Assembly (NCBI GenBank): GCA_964199315.1
Contig: OZ116708.1
Location: 5,704,001-5,768,000, forward strand
Direction: 5' to 3'
DNA: 64,000 bases
DNA from: Orbicella franksi
Taxonomy: Eukaryota
Position 1 is the stretch's first letter. Each line of letters begins with the position of its first letter. The translations under genes were made by a program, and so were the position numbers. Below the pieces are notes generated by a model, which searched no databases, was not told where the DNA came from, and worked only from the letters and a program-made list of their open reading frames with translations. Below, in pieces: positions 11,945 through 23,597 of the stretch.

Positions 11945-14900
11945 GTTTTTTACAATAACAAATCGTCAAAATCTCCGCTTTCTCTCGTTAAAGCATCTTC
12001 ATGTATCTGTCCGCTTATTGATAGTGAAAATTCGACAATGAACACGCGAATTTTTGCAGTTATTGTTAAATTTATGACTGACTGGCATTCATTAAAGCCA
12101 CTACTGAATAGACAAGAACATTACTTTCCATACACAACACTCGTGAGATCGTTCGGGCGTGCCCGAACGCGCGGTACGAAACATGGAAAACATTTAACTC
12201 CGTTGAGCTTCAACTACGTTATGCCCGTTCAAGACTCTTGTATGGTAGCAGACACATTTTTTGGAAGAAAAGGAAAGAAAACCACAGCCCTGTACTCTAA
12301 ACAAGATGATTAAAAAGTCAAAAGTGAAATTCACAGTTATCATTATTCTATCTTTACGTACAGTAAACTTGGAAAATTTGCTTCGCGCAACATTATGCGC
12401 ATCGTTTTCATTCTAGGTGAACATGCTCATAAGGGAAGTGAAATATTTATCTGATATTTTACAGTCTTGGCAAGAAATTTGTTTGACATTCTCAACGAAC
12501 GAAATTTAAACAAAATTACTAGAGTCAACCTCTATGACCTAGGTCACGGTACAGTCGTTCTAAAAATACCTTTCCCTCTACTTCTCCCCATTCTTCTCTC
12601 ATAGCCTATACTTGATCTAAGTCTCCAAGCTTCATCCCAGTTTACATTACACAGTAAACATTCCAAAGCAACGATGGGCGCATACGGAAGAGTTCGTTTT
12701 GTGCTGCTATGCACAGTTTATATTTTAAAGCTATCCAGTTATGACAACATCGTAATGGCTTCTACAATATCTCCTTCGGGTAAGCTGGATTTAGTGGTTC
12801 TCTTAACCATGATCGAGAAGGAATGTGATGTGTCTTCCTGTTTGTATCATGTTATATCAATTTGATTTTCATACCTGTACTCTCTGCAGACTCACGTAAT
12901 AACCCCTACCCGACTTCGAAACAGACTGCAGACTGCCTAGTGCTATGATAGAACAGCACTTTGTTTAACGACAGAAAATTTCTAAACATAGGGGATGAAA
13001 GCGGGATATGGATGGTCCTTTTTCCAGTGTTTTGAATGGCAGAGTCCCGTCGCCAAGGGCGCACCCGTGAGAAAGTTGGATTAAATTATTCAAATTCATC
13101 TCCGGTAATCCTTCTTATATTGCCAAACTCGGAAATATTCATCAAGCACTTTTACGAATTGGTGATTCCTAGCATTTTGCGAAATCGAATATTCATGCCT
13201 GGAAGATACTGATTTTTGGTCGCTTGGAAAGGGGGAATAATGTTATTTATTCAAATCTACGGATATTTCATCTGCTTTTTAATAGAAAACCATAGTTGTA
13301 AACCGCTTTAATCCTATTGTGAGACTACTGTCCCATTGCAGTTTAACATTTCTTTACTCTGCTCAGGAAGCCGGCGAACAGATTTCCGAGCGGCTGTTGT
13401 TTAACAACGGCTTAAACAACAGCCGGAAATCTGTTCGGGTTCGTAGATTGACTAAGTGTTGAATCAGCGACAACAATGGCTCTCTAATGGCTATTCCGAC
13501 AGTGCATTGTTAATAGAAGGAAATGTTTATAGAGCCCAGGCAAAGGAACAAACAAAGATGACAAGATTTATGTTGGAAGGTCCACGACTGTGCATAATCT
13601 TATGCTTTGTTTTCATGAACCGAAACGTTTCTGTTGGTTAGTTCGGATCCCAATCCGAAGTAAACCATAGCCAAAAAAGCGACCAAAAAGTTATCACTTG
13701 TCGGGTTCTATAACCATTCCCCCACCGGCTATTATTAACTTTGAGGAAAGGAATAATTTATGAGAAAAGGAATAATTGAAAAAAATTACCAGACACCTTT
13801 TGACGGCTTGAATCAAGTAAGGTCATTCCAAGACCTCTGGAGTCATTCCAAGTAATTCAGAACATAATAATACATTGAGAGTAGTATAGAACGCTCATAT
13901 GACCGGTAACCAATCGGGAGCCGAGAAAGACAAGAGGCTATTGTTTGGAGAACAATGGACGCTATTGTTTTCCAAATCCAAGATGGCGCTATTTCTTTTA
14001 AGCCAATCAGGAATTTTTAGAGTGGGCGAAACAGAAGGAAAATCAAAGTAATTAAGCATGCAAGAGGTAAAACTACTTATGACGTCATAAGTTTGTCAAA
14101 CTCGATACTTACAGTGTCCTGTGGTCCTAAACGACGAAGGTCCGTCCGGCAAGTGGCCATGATGAAGACCGAGAGACTTGGGTCCGAGTCTAGCCTATAT
14201 AGGGTGGTGCAAAGCATCGTGGGACGATGACCTCATCGATATCCAATCAGAATACTCACAGATGGGCTTCCCCAGTCCCCCTCTGTTAAGGAGAGTATTA
14301 AACCAAACATCACACAATGTCAAATGTCACGAATTTTAATATCAAAACTTTTGCGCTAACCGCAAGCAGCCGGTTTTGCTTAGGCCTAAAGCAGTATTCT
14401 TAAGCTTTTTTAAACTAGCGAACAGGTCTAAATCGCTATTATTTTAAGCAGTTTTAAGCCTGCGTTCAGTTTAAAAATACGGTAAATGCGGCCCAAATTA
14501 TGATATTTCGCAGTCTCAAAGAAATCTAAAAGTATGCGACACTTACACTTACACAAATGGTAAAATTTAGAGTTATTCAAATCAAATAAGTCTCAAAGGA
14601 GCGCTTTTGTTTACTCTATTGTTTAGTTAAACAAAGAACTGTATGCATAATAAATGTATGGGGTTATACGGAAATCTTGCCCAAACACTGCAAATCGCTC
14701 CTAATTCAACAATTATAGTTGTCTAAGCGGGTTTCCAATAGCGTCAAAAATAAATCACTTACTTCAAACATAGTCCTTTCCTCCAAAGCGTCACACAACT
14801 AGCAATCGCTCAACTCCATAGCCACTAAGACAGGAAAGAATGTTACGCTTAGAAAAGAAGACGTGGCTGAACGTTGTCACAAGTAAAATGAATTCTATCA

Positions 14901-15163
14901 AGACCGATTGACTTATAAACGGGTATTCACAAAACAATAAACAATGTCACGTGGTTAACAACCAATGAGAGGACGGGGGATAGGGGGGTACGCGATATCA
15001 CGTGGTTACGAATCAATGAGAAGACGGGGGATAGGGGTTATACCGCACAGTAATTTCATTAAACTGTTATAAGCAAAACAGAGTCTGAGTCTTTACAACG
15101 TTTATTGAATAGTAACTCAAAAGAAAGAATTGATTATAATTTTAACTCTTAAAGCTTGACCGG

Positions 15164-15469
15164 TTACAAAGTGTTGGGAACTAAACTCGTTTCCAGTTTC
15201 TCAGACTCTTGGTCCCTGGCCCCAAAACGCACGATATTCTGCCCTAGTTTTCTTAGCTTTTGGTCATGAAGTCTTTGCCTGATGCGTTCCTCATTCTTGG
15301 CATAATAACTTCTCCAATATTCGTTGATCCGTTCCCTGTTGTTTTTACAGTATTGTCTTCGGTAATTTCTAATGTGCTCTTTGTTCTGTTGACAATAGTC
15401 TCTCTGGCTGCTGGCGAGTCGTTCCTTCTTGTTTTCATACCATCTTTTACGACACCACCACCACCTCAT
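15164..15469 (-). pseudogene. Polinton-arm ORF remnant with Y..N.E.I..Y helical repeats (left copy)
   Basis: KKERLASSQRDYCQQNKEHIRNYRRQYCKNNRERINEYWRSYYAKNEERIRQRL; the N-terminus runs into the satellite. Confidence 0.45.
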
Positions 15470-17350
15470 CCACTACCACCACATTTACCACCACATTTAC
15501 TACCACATTTACCACCACATTTACCACCACATTTACCACCACATTTACCACCACATTTACCACCACCACCACCTACACCGCCACCACCACATCCACCACC
15601 ACCACCGCCGCCACCACCACCACCACCACCACCACCACCACATCCACCACCCCTACCCCACCACCACCATATTCACCACCACCGCCACCACCACCACATC
15701 CACCACTACCTACATCACCACCACATTTACCACCACCACAGCCACATCCACCACCACCTACACCACCACCACATTCACCACCACCACCGCCACATCCACA
15801 ACATTCACCAGCACAGCCAAATCCACCACCGCCTACACCACCACCACCACCGCCACCACCACCACATTCACCACCACCACCACCACCTCATCCACTACCA
15901 CAACATTTACCACCACCACCACCTACACCGCCACCACCACATTTACCACCACCACATCCACCACCACCACATCCACCACCACCACATCCACCACCACCAC
16001 ATCCACCACCACCACATCCACCACCACCACATTTGCCACCACCACCAACAACTAAACCACCACCACATTTACCACCACAGCCACATCCACAACCTACACC
16101 ACCACCACCGCAGCCACCACCACCACATCCCACCTACAACACCACCACCATATTTACCACCACCACCACATCCACCACCACCTACCCCACCACAACCACA
16201 TTCACCACCACCGCCACCACCACCACATCCACCATTACCTACACCACCACCACATTTACCACCACCATAGCCACATCCACCACCACCTACACCACCACCA
16301 CATTCACCACCACCACCGCCACATCCACCACATTCACAACCACAGCCATATCCACCACCACATCCACCACGACTAGGTGGTGGTGGTGGTGGTGGTAGAT
16401 GTGGTGGTGGTGACGGTGGTCAATGTGGTGGTGGTGGTAAATGTGGTGGTGGTGGTGAATGTGGTGGTGGTGGCGGTGGTGGTGGATGTGGTGGTGGTGG
16501 TGTAGGTGGTTGTGGATGTGGTGGTGGTGGTGAATGTGGTGGTGGTGGCGGTGGTGGTGGATGTGGTGGTGGTGGTGTAGGTGGTTGTGGATGTGGTGGT
16601 GGATGTGGCTGTGGTGGTGAATGTGGTGGATGTGAAGGTGGTGGTGAATGTGGTGGTGGTGGTGGATGTGGCTGTGGTGGTGGTGGTGGTGATAGGATGT
16701 GGTGGTGGTGGCTGCGGTGGTGGTGGTGTAGGTGGTGGATGTGGCTGTGGTGGTGAATGTGGTGGATGTGGTGGTGGTGGTAGATATGGTGGTGGCGGTG
16801 GTGGTGGTGTAGGTAGATGTGGTGGTGGTGATAGGATGTGGTGGTGGTGGCTGCGGTGGTGGTGGTGTAGGTGGTGGATGTGGGTGTGGTGATGAATGTG
16901 GTGGATGTGGTGGTGGTGGTAAATATGGTGGTGGCGGTGGTGGTGGCGGCGGCGGCGGCGGTGGTGGTGGTGGTGGTGGCGGTGGTGGTGGCGGTGGTGG
17001 TGGCGGTGGTGGTGGCGGTGGTGGTGGCGGTGGTGGTGGCGGTGGTGGTGGCGGTGGTGGTGGCGGTGGTGGTGGCGGTGGTGGTGGTGTAGGTAGTAGT
17101 GGATGTGGTGGTGGTGGCGGTGGTGGTGAATGTGGTGGTGGTGGTGTAGGTAGTGGTGGATGTGGTGGTGGTGGCGGTAGTGGTGAATATGGTGGTGGTG
17201 GGGTAGGTGGTGGTGGATTTGGTGGTGGTGGTAAATATGGTGATGGTGGTGGTGGATGTGGTGGTGGTAAATGTGGTGGTGGCGGTGTAGGTGGTGGTGG
17301 TGGTAAATGTGGTGGTAAATGTGGTGGTAGTGGATGAGGTGGTGGTGGTG
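15453..17350. repeat. Degenerate (CCA)n then (TGG)n low-complexity satellite
   Basis: CCA-based tract 15453-16370 with variants (CCACAT, CCTACA, CATTTA) switches to a GGT-based tract at 16376-17350. Confidence 0.9.
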
Positions 17351-17639
17351 TCGTAAAAGATGGTATGAAAACAAGAAGGAACGACTCGCCAGCAGCCAGA
17401 GAGCCTATTGTCAACAGAACAAGGAGCACATTAGAAATTACCGAAGACAATACTGTAAAAACAACAGGGAACGGATCAACGAATATTGGAGAAGTTATTA
17501 TGCCAAGAATGAGGAACGCATCAGGCAAAGACTTCATGACCAAAAGCTAAGAAAACTAGGGCAGAATATCGTGCGTTTTGGGGCCAGGGACCAAGAGTCT
17601 GAGAAACTGGAAACGAGTTTAGTTCCCAACACTTTGTAA
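17334..17639 (+). pseudogene. Polinton-arm ORF remnant (right copy)
   Basis: Mirror of 15164-15469 with one amino-acid difference (QRAY vs QRDY), followed by AATAAA near 17697. Confidence 0.45.
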
Positions 17640-20524
17640 CCGGTCAAGCTTTAAGAGTTAAAATTATAATCAATTCTTTCTTTTGAGTTACTATTCAATA
17701 AACGTTGTAAAGACTCAGACTCTGTTTTGCTTATAACAGTTTAATGAAATTACTGTGCGGTATAACCCCTATCCCCCGTCTTCTCATTGATTCGTAACCA
17801 CGTGATATCGCGTACCCCCCTATCCCCCGTCCTCTCATTGGTTGTTAACCACGCGACATTGTTTATTGTTTTGTGAATACCCGTTTATAAGTCAATCGGT
17901 CTTGATAGAATTCATTTTACTTGTGACAACGTTCAGCACACGTCTTCTTTTCTAAGCGTAACATTCTTTCCTGTCTTAGTGGCTATGGAGTTGAGCGATT
18001 GCTAGTTGTGTGACGCTTTGGAGGAAAGGACTATGTTTGAAGTAAGTGATTTATTTTTGACGCTATTGGAAACCCGCTTAGACAACTATAATTGTTGAAT
18101 TAGGAGCGATTTGCAGTGTTTGTAAATGAAGTTAAATCTTTACTTCAAGCGCGAAACGTTTCTTTGAAATTCCTTTGATTTTATTCTCAAGGGTTAAGAT
18201 ACAGTCTATCATGATTTCAGCTTCTAAACATGTGCTTTTCGGTTTTAATTTATTCCATGTTTCATCTCTGACTAATTATGTTAATTCTTCAATGGTCGCC
18301 CAAAATGCCTTTTGTTTGTTCAAGATTCCTTTGAATGATGCTTTTCTCAAGAGAACAGTCGAGATCAAGGAGTTTAGATTTTATTGCAAACTGCCATTAG
18401 CAATTCATTTTCACTTGAAGTATTTCAATTGTGTTTTTTTTTTCTTCTCACCTTTTACCCTATAAATTTTTGTCTTCGCTTATTATTCGTTACTCGTCAA
18501 AGATTGCATTTACGCTAGATCAAATTATTTCTGTTCCGTTTCTTTTGATAGTGTTATCTGATTTGAGACACAATGACCAGCTTTCTGTAATTTTAGCGCA
18601 AACGTTTTGGACATTAAAGTTCATTTGAAACATTATGCGATGACGATAGAAACCGGTCTTTTTACTCGATCAACATGGCAATGACGTCATATCTTTTAAT
18701 ATTAGCGCAAAAGTTTTGATATTTAAGTTCGTGACATTTGACATTGTGTGATGTTTGGTTTAATACTCTCCTTAACAGAGGGGGACTGGGGAAGCCCATC
18801 TGTGAGTATTCTGATTGGATATCGATGAGGTCATCGTCCCACGATGCTTTGCACCACCTTATATAGGCTAGACTCGGACCCAAGTCTCTCGGTCTTCATC
18901 ATGGCCACTTGCCGGACGGACCTTCGTCGTTTAGGACCACAGGACACTGTAAGTATCGAGTTTGAAGTTGCATGACAATTTTGCGTGACCCTAGCGTGAC
19001 AAACTTATGACGTCATAAGTAGTTTTACCTCTTGCATGCTTAATTACTTTGATTTTCCTTCTGTTTCGCCCACTCCAAAAATTCCTGATTGGCTTAAAAG
19101 AAATAGCGCCATCTTGGATTTGGAAAACAATAGCGTCCATTGTTCTCCAAACAATAGCCTATTGTGTTTATCGGCTCCCGATTGGTTACCGGTCATATGA
19201 GCGTCCTATACTACTATTGAGGTCTTAATATCTCTTGTGTAAGCAGCAGATAAGATTTGGTGGTCTGCGGAGCGCAGCCAAACAACTTTCAAATACGGAA
19301 CATAAAAATAACGTTGAACAAAGTTGACTTCGAAAATACCCAAATATCCAAGGAAGTTTTAGCATCGAATAAAGTCCCCAGGCAATTTTCAGACTAACTT
19401 GTGTTTAATCACAACTTAAAGTTCAAAGTTCTCTTGAACAACTATTGAATTCGGTTTTTCGTAATATCCACAATAATCATAATTTTGGTAAGTGATATCA
19501 GACTCAGAAGCCTTTAGCTTCGGGTGATAGCACTTATATAGTCTTGATTACTCTGGATATCATACTGACCTACGTAGCTAGCGGGATTTCGCGCGCGAGT
19601 GCTTTTGTTTTGGCGGCAAGTCGTGGGGGGCTTAGTGAGGAGCACGGTATCGGCCTAGTGTAAACGTATCTAAACGCAGTATAACACAACTAGACGCCGT
19701 GACAACGTCTAACTCGTTTAGAAAATGTATAAGTTTTACCAAGAGTTGGGGAAAAACCTTAGGCCATCGTTGAGTATATACTTTTTTATGTTTTCAACAG
19801 AAACTTGGACATTTCAACGCGAGCGGTTTCTGATAACATTTACTTCAAGTATTTTCACTGTCCAAACATTTCCCATTTTCTTTCTTCCCTGTATAACAAA
19901 ATACCTCGCGTGTCTGAACTTCCGATTATATCTAATCCTGTAATATTAAGGTTCTTTTTATCCTTTATTTGTTTCAAATTTGTTTCAATTCGAAGTATTA
20001 TGTTTGCAGAGGGTGTCTCGTGTTGAAAAGGTGTTATTTATTAGCTTCCATTCTTTTGATTCTTATGTCGCGGCTGCCACTCATTTTATCATTACTTAAC
20101 CACCGTCAATACAAAAGACAAAGGATGCGTTCCTTTGGCATGATTCGGATCACAATCACTGATAGAAAATTACTCGGAGTATCTTTTCTTTTTAGTCAAC
20201 GTGATAATGGAAGCAAAGTCTCTTACAAAATGAAAATCAAACCAAAAGAATTCCAGGTAGTCGTGACCGCCGAGAACTGCCGTTTTAATTTGAATATTGT
20301 ATTTTTTTTTTTAGGGGACGGGGGGGGGGGGGGGGAGGAAGGTGCTCCTTTTTCGCCGCTCGTTTTATGAGCTAAGGAATAAGGTGGACTGCCTGTAATC
20401 TAAGTAGTTACGGCGGAAAACCCGAGCGTTATGATATAAGATTTTCATAATAAGAAATAAGATTTTCAATTATTTATTCTTTTAATGCCAGAAGTCTTGT
20501 TTTTTTCAATCGCACATTTTTTAG

Positions 20525-20839
20525 GCAAGAGCTCCGAAGCGCTATCCTCCAGCATGGTAATAAATGTCGCCGTAACATCAGCTGTGGAGGTATCCGGTGC
20601 AATAACAACAACTGAAGGATTTTACAGTGTTGTAACATCTATGGTATCGCCCGGCCCAACAATAACCGTGGGATCGCCTAACGGATCATCAATTGCGGTA
20701 CAGGCATCTCCCAGTGCAGCCACACCGGGATCGTCTGGTGCAACATCGTTCATGTCTACGACGTTGCGCTCTGTGCAAGTCAGCGTCGAGCCAACGGCTG
20801 CCTCAACAGTAAAACTAACAACAACCTCTTCTGTAATTG
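20525..20839 (+). CDS. Ser/Thr-rich mucin-like exon ST3 (315 nt, phase 1-1)
   Basis: TTTTAG| acceptor, open frame GKSSEALSSSMV...TTTSSVIG, G|GTAAGT donor; the 3' end is homologous to ST1 and ST2. Confidence 0.7.
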
Positions 20840-22163
20840 GTAAGTAACAATTATGAGTGAATGGTTACAACTGCGGTAAGTTCAAGTGCCCAATTCTGTC
20901 GACTAGTTTCTACCGAGAAAAGGGAAAATGTGATTTGTACATTTAGATTTGACGAAAGGATAATTTTATTCACAATCCGACTAATCTGCGATCAAGTGAG
21001 TTTTTTTTTCCAAGCTTCCCTTTACAGTCCGCTCGAAAAACTACGCCTGAGACATTCCCTTTGGAAAATGTCTACCACTTTGACTGACTGGCATTGATTA
21101 GCATGGCCACTAATAGCCAATGAACACTACTTCTGGCACAATTAATACACTACAATCGTGAGATCGTTCGTGAGTGTACGCGAGGTACAAAGCATGTTTC
21201 ATCACCAAATACTGGGAGGTGGAAGTTTTGCGGCAAATTCAGCATACATTTGATATTTGAACGTTTACAAAGAAACGGAGGAAGCTTTTAACTCTGTAGA
21301 ACGTCGACTTTCTTATGCACCGTTCAAGAATGTTCCACGGAAGCAGACCCAATTTTTTCGAAAGAAAAGGAAAAGAAAACCACTGCCGTGTTCTCTAAAC
21401 AAAATGATTAAAATGACAAAAGTGAAATGCACGCGTATCATTATTCTTATTTGTACAGAAGCGAGAGTTAAGTAGCTAGCCCTAACTAGCTAAATAGGAC
21501 TGCTCAGATTTAAAAGGAAACATTTTTTTGTGTGCAGTAAACTTGGAAAATTTGCCTCACACAAAATCATGCGTATCATTTTCATTTTGGGGCAACATGC
21601 TCATAAGAAGGGTGAAATATCTGTTTAACATTTTACATTCTTTTCACGTAATTTACATGACATTCTCAACGAAAGAAAGGTAATATTACTGGAGTTCATT
21701 GCCCGCCAGATTTCTTTTGATAAAGTCAGGATTCAAGCCAAGAGTGTATCGTGTTGTGAAGAGGCTCGATCCTACCCGGACGAAACATTTATAAGTTAAT
21801 TTGCATATTTACTTCGGCACATAAAATTTCTTTTAAAGCATTAAAACGCGCTTTGTCAAATTGGATATAGTAAAATTTCCTCATAGTGAGTCACTTGATT
21901 CCGATAGCGCCAACCCCGGTCCCAGGCATAATCCGGGACTTTGATGCGAGGTTGGCTCTGTAAACTGAGTGTAAAAATTACAAAAATCTGAGTGACGCAG
22001 ACCGTGCTCAACGAAACGTATTGAACAATGCCAGCAATCCAAGATAAGCACTTTTGTCATTTTCACTCATGACTCAGTTTGTTCTTTTTATTTGTCACTA
22101 CTGTTCGTTAAGAAATGCAGTTTTGTCGTCTACTGTAGTCAACTGATGTGTGCTTACTTACAG

Positions 22164-22562
22164 TGGATGGGTGTAACAATTACACAATCCTGAGTGAAGC
22201 AGACCGCGCTCAAGGACAAATAGTTATCAGCAAATATAGATGCGATAGGGATGACCTGGTACCAGGTTGGTATCGTTTCCAAGGAGCTGCCGGAAATCAG
22301 ATGGCGGGCAAATGTGTTCTCACGAATTACTGCGGTACTCGGCATCCAGGATGGCTCTATGGCACACACCCGACAGTTGCTGAAGGTGTGGTCACTCGTA
22401 AAGTCTGTTATCATTACTGGGATTATTACTGGTACGGGTCAAGCAACTGCTGTTACTGGAGTAACAACATAAGAGTCAGGAACTGTGGGGCTTTCTTCGT
22501 GTATGAGTTACAAAAGCCGCCTCGTTGCGATCTTCGTTACTGTGGTAACGCCAGTGGTGCAG
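22164..22562 (+). CDS. UMOD/GP2/OIT3-like D8C (D10C) exon D1, long-loop type
   Basis: CTTACAG| acceptor; GCNNYT...GWYRFQG...CGTRHPGWLYGTHP...CC...NCG..FVYEL..C..RYC; G|GTAAGT donor; 399 nt. Confidence 0.9.
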
Positions 22563-23412
22563 GTAAGTTGCCTTGTTTGCTTTTTTGAGTGTGTCCGTCA
22601 ACAATCAATTATCAAGCAATCATCATCATCAATCATCAAACAAAGTTTAAAAACATTCTCCAGAGGTATTTCAGTGCCATCTTAACTTTTCGAGTGTAAG
22701 ACGGCTCTGAACGTCTCTGGATGACAATAAAGCTGTATCTTATTAGTTTGATTACAACTCGTATTGGTATTACGTAACATGTGTCTAGAGAAACTTCCAT
22801 GTTAAGTAATTCTTAGCGTATTTGTAGAAATATCAGAATCACTTCTATCCTCTAGTTCTTTATCATGAACAACAAACATATATCTGCCTTGATTTTTACG
22901 ACGAAAAAAGGCACTTTTCCCTTTTTTTCACTCTCTTAACCCCAGCAGCGGTTTTCATGACGATTTGGCCCAAAACTTAGCTTTCTCGAAAGAGAGCGAA
23001 AAGCGTTTCTGTACCATGCTCTCAATTGTCGTTGTATTGAGACAATAATGACCAAATGCAAATTAATAAACTCCGACACCGAAAAACACACTAGAATAAC
23101 TTGCTGGGTTAAATTCAAATCCCTAGAGCTTAGCGTGTTTGCTTTAGAGATTCGGGAAAGTCTGCGTGCAAACATGGTGGCCCATCAGGCCGACGTTCAT
23201 CTCCGGTTTATTAGACTACAATTGTTTATAGATCTTTTTTTTAGATAAGAATACTTGTGGGCAGCACGCAGCAACAACTAATGATCTTATACAACTGAGT
23301 TCATTAATCGACCGGTTTCGTCTGCAAGTGAGACTTCGTCAAGATTAAACTTTAAGATACAAAGATGGAACTTAGTTTATACTAAATATTGGCGGTACAA
23401 AGTACGCTCCTA

Positions 23413-23421
23413 CATGTTCTC

Positions 23422-23455
<34 letters not shown>

Positions 23456-23597
23456 AGTTTGGGAGAACTCGAAAAAGCTGTGGAAACACTGCGACTCGTG
23501 TTCCCACAACATTTCTCGTTCTACACTCTTTCTCCCAAACTTCCACTGGTATTTCTATAACTCGATAGAAACACGGTATATGTTTTCTATTTCTTAA
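23413..23597. repeat. Short palindromic (hairpin) interspersed element
   Basis: CCGTGTTTCTATCGAGTTATAGAAA ... TTTCTATAACTCGATAGAAACACGG inverted arms. Confidence 0.65.

Larger units (their letters stand above)
14682..18122. repeat. Giant internal inverted repeat (fold-back), apex near 16372-16375
   Basis: 14682-15452 is the near-exact reverse complement of 17351-18122 (a few SNPs). The C-rich tract mirrors the G-rich tract. Confidence 0.9.
13880..19215. mobile_element. Non-autonomous Polinton/Maverick derivative (5336 bp)
   Basis: Termini AGTAGTATAG...CTATACTACT; TIRs 13880-14359 and 18702-19215 are nearly identical apart from a ~34-bp indel; perfect 6-bp TSD ATTGAG (13874-13879, 19216-19221). 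AG..CT termini, short terminal repeats, long TIRs and 6-bp TSDs are Polinton hallmarks. No pPolB or integrase is visible. Confidence 0.8.

Noticed and set aside
16300-16450. Telomere fusion or interstitial telomere at the C-rich/G-rich switch
   Set aside because: The repeat is CCA/TGG rather than TTAGGG, and it is enclosed by Polinton TIRs and a TSD.
15260-17543. Long His-, Pro-, Thr-, Gly- and Val-rich ORFs (up to 418 aa)
   Set aside because: Products of a (CCA)n/(TGG)n satellite: single ORFs drift between His, Pro and Thr (or Val, Gly and Trp) registers, and they are mirrored by the inversion.
14682-18122. Palindrome as a pure read or assembly fold-back artefact
   Set aside because: The arms differ by SNPs and in satellite structure and are nested within distinct unique segments, TIRs and a perfect TSD. 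This is not fully excluded without raw reads.
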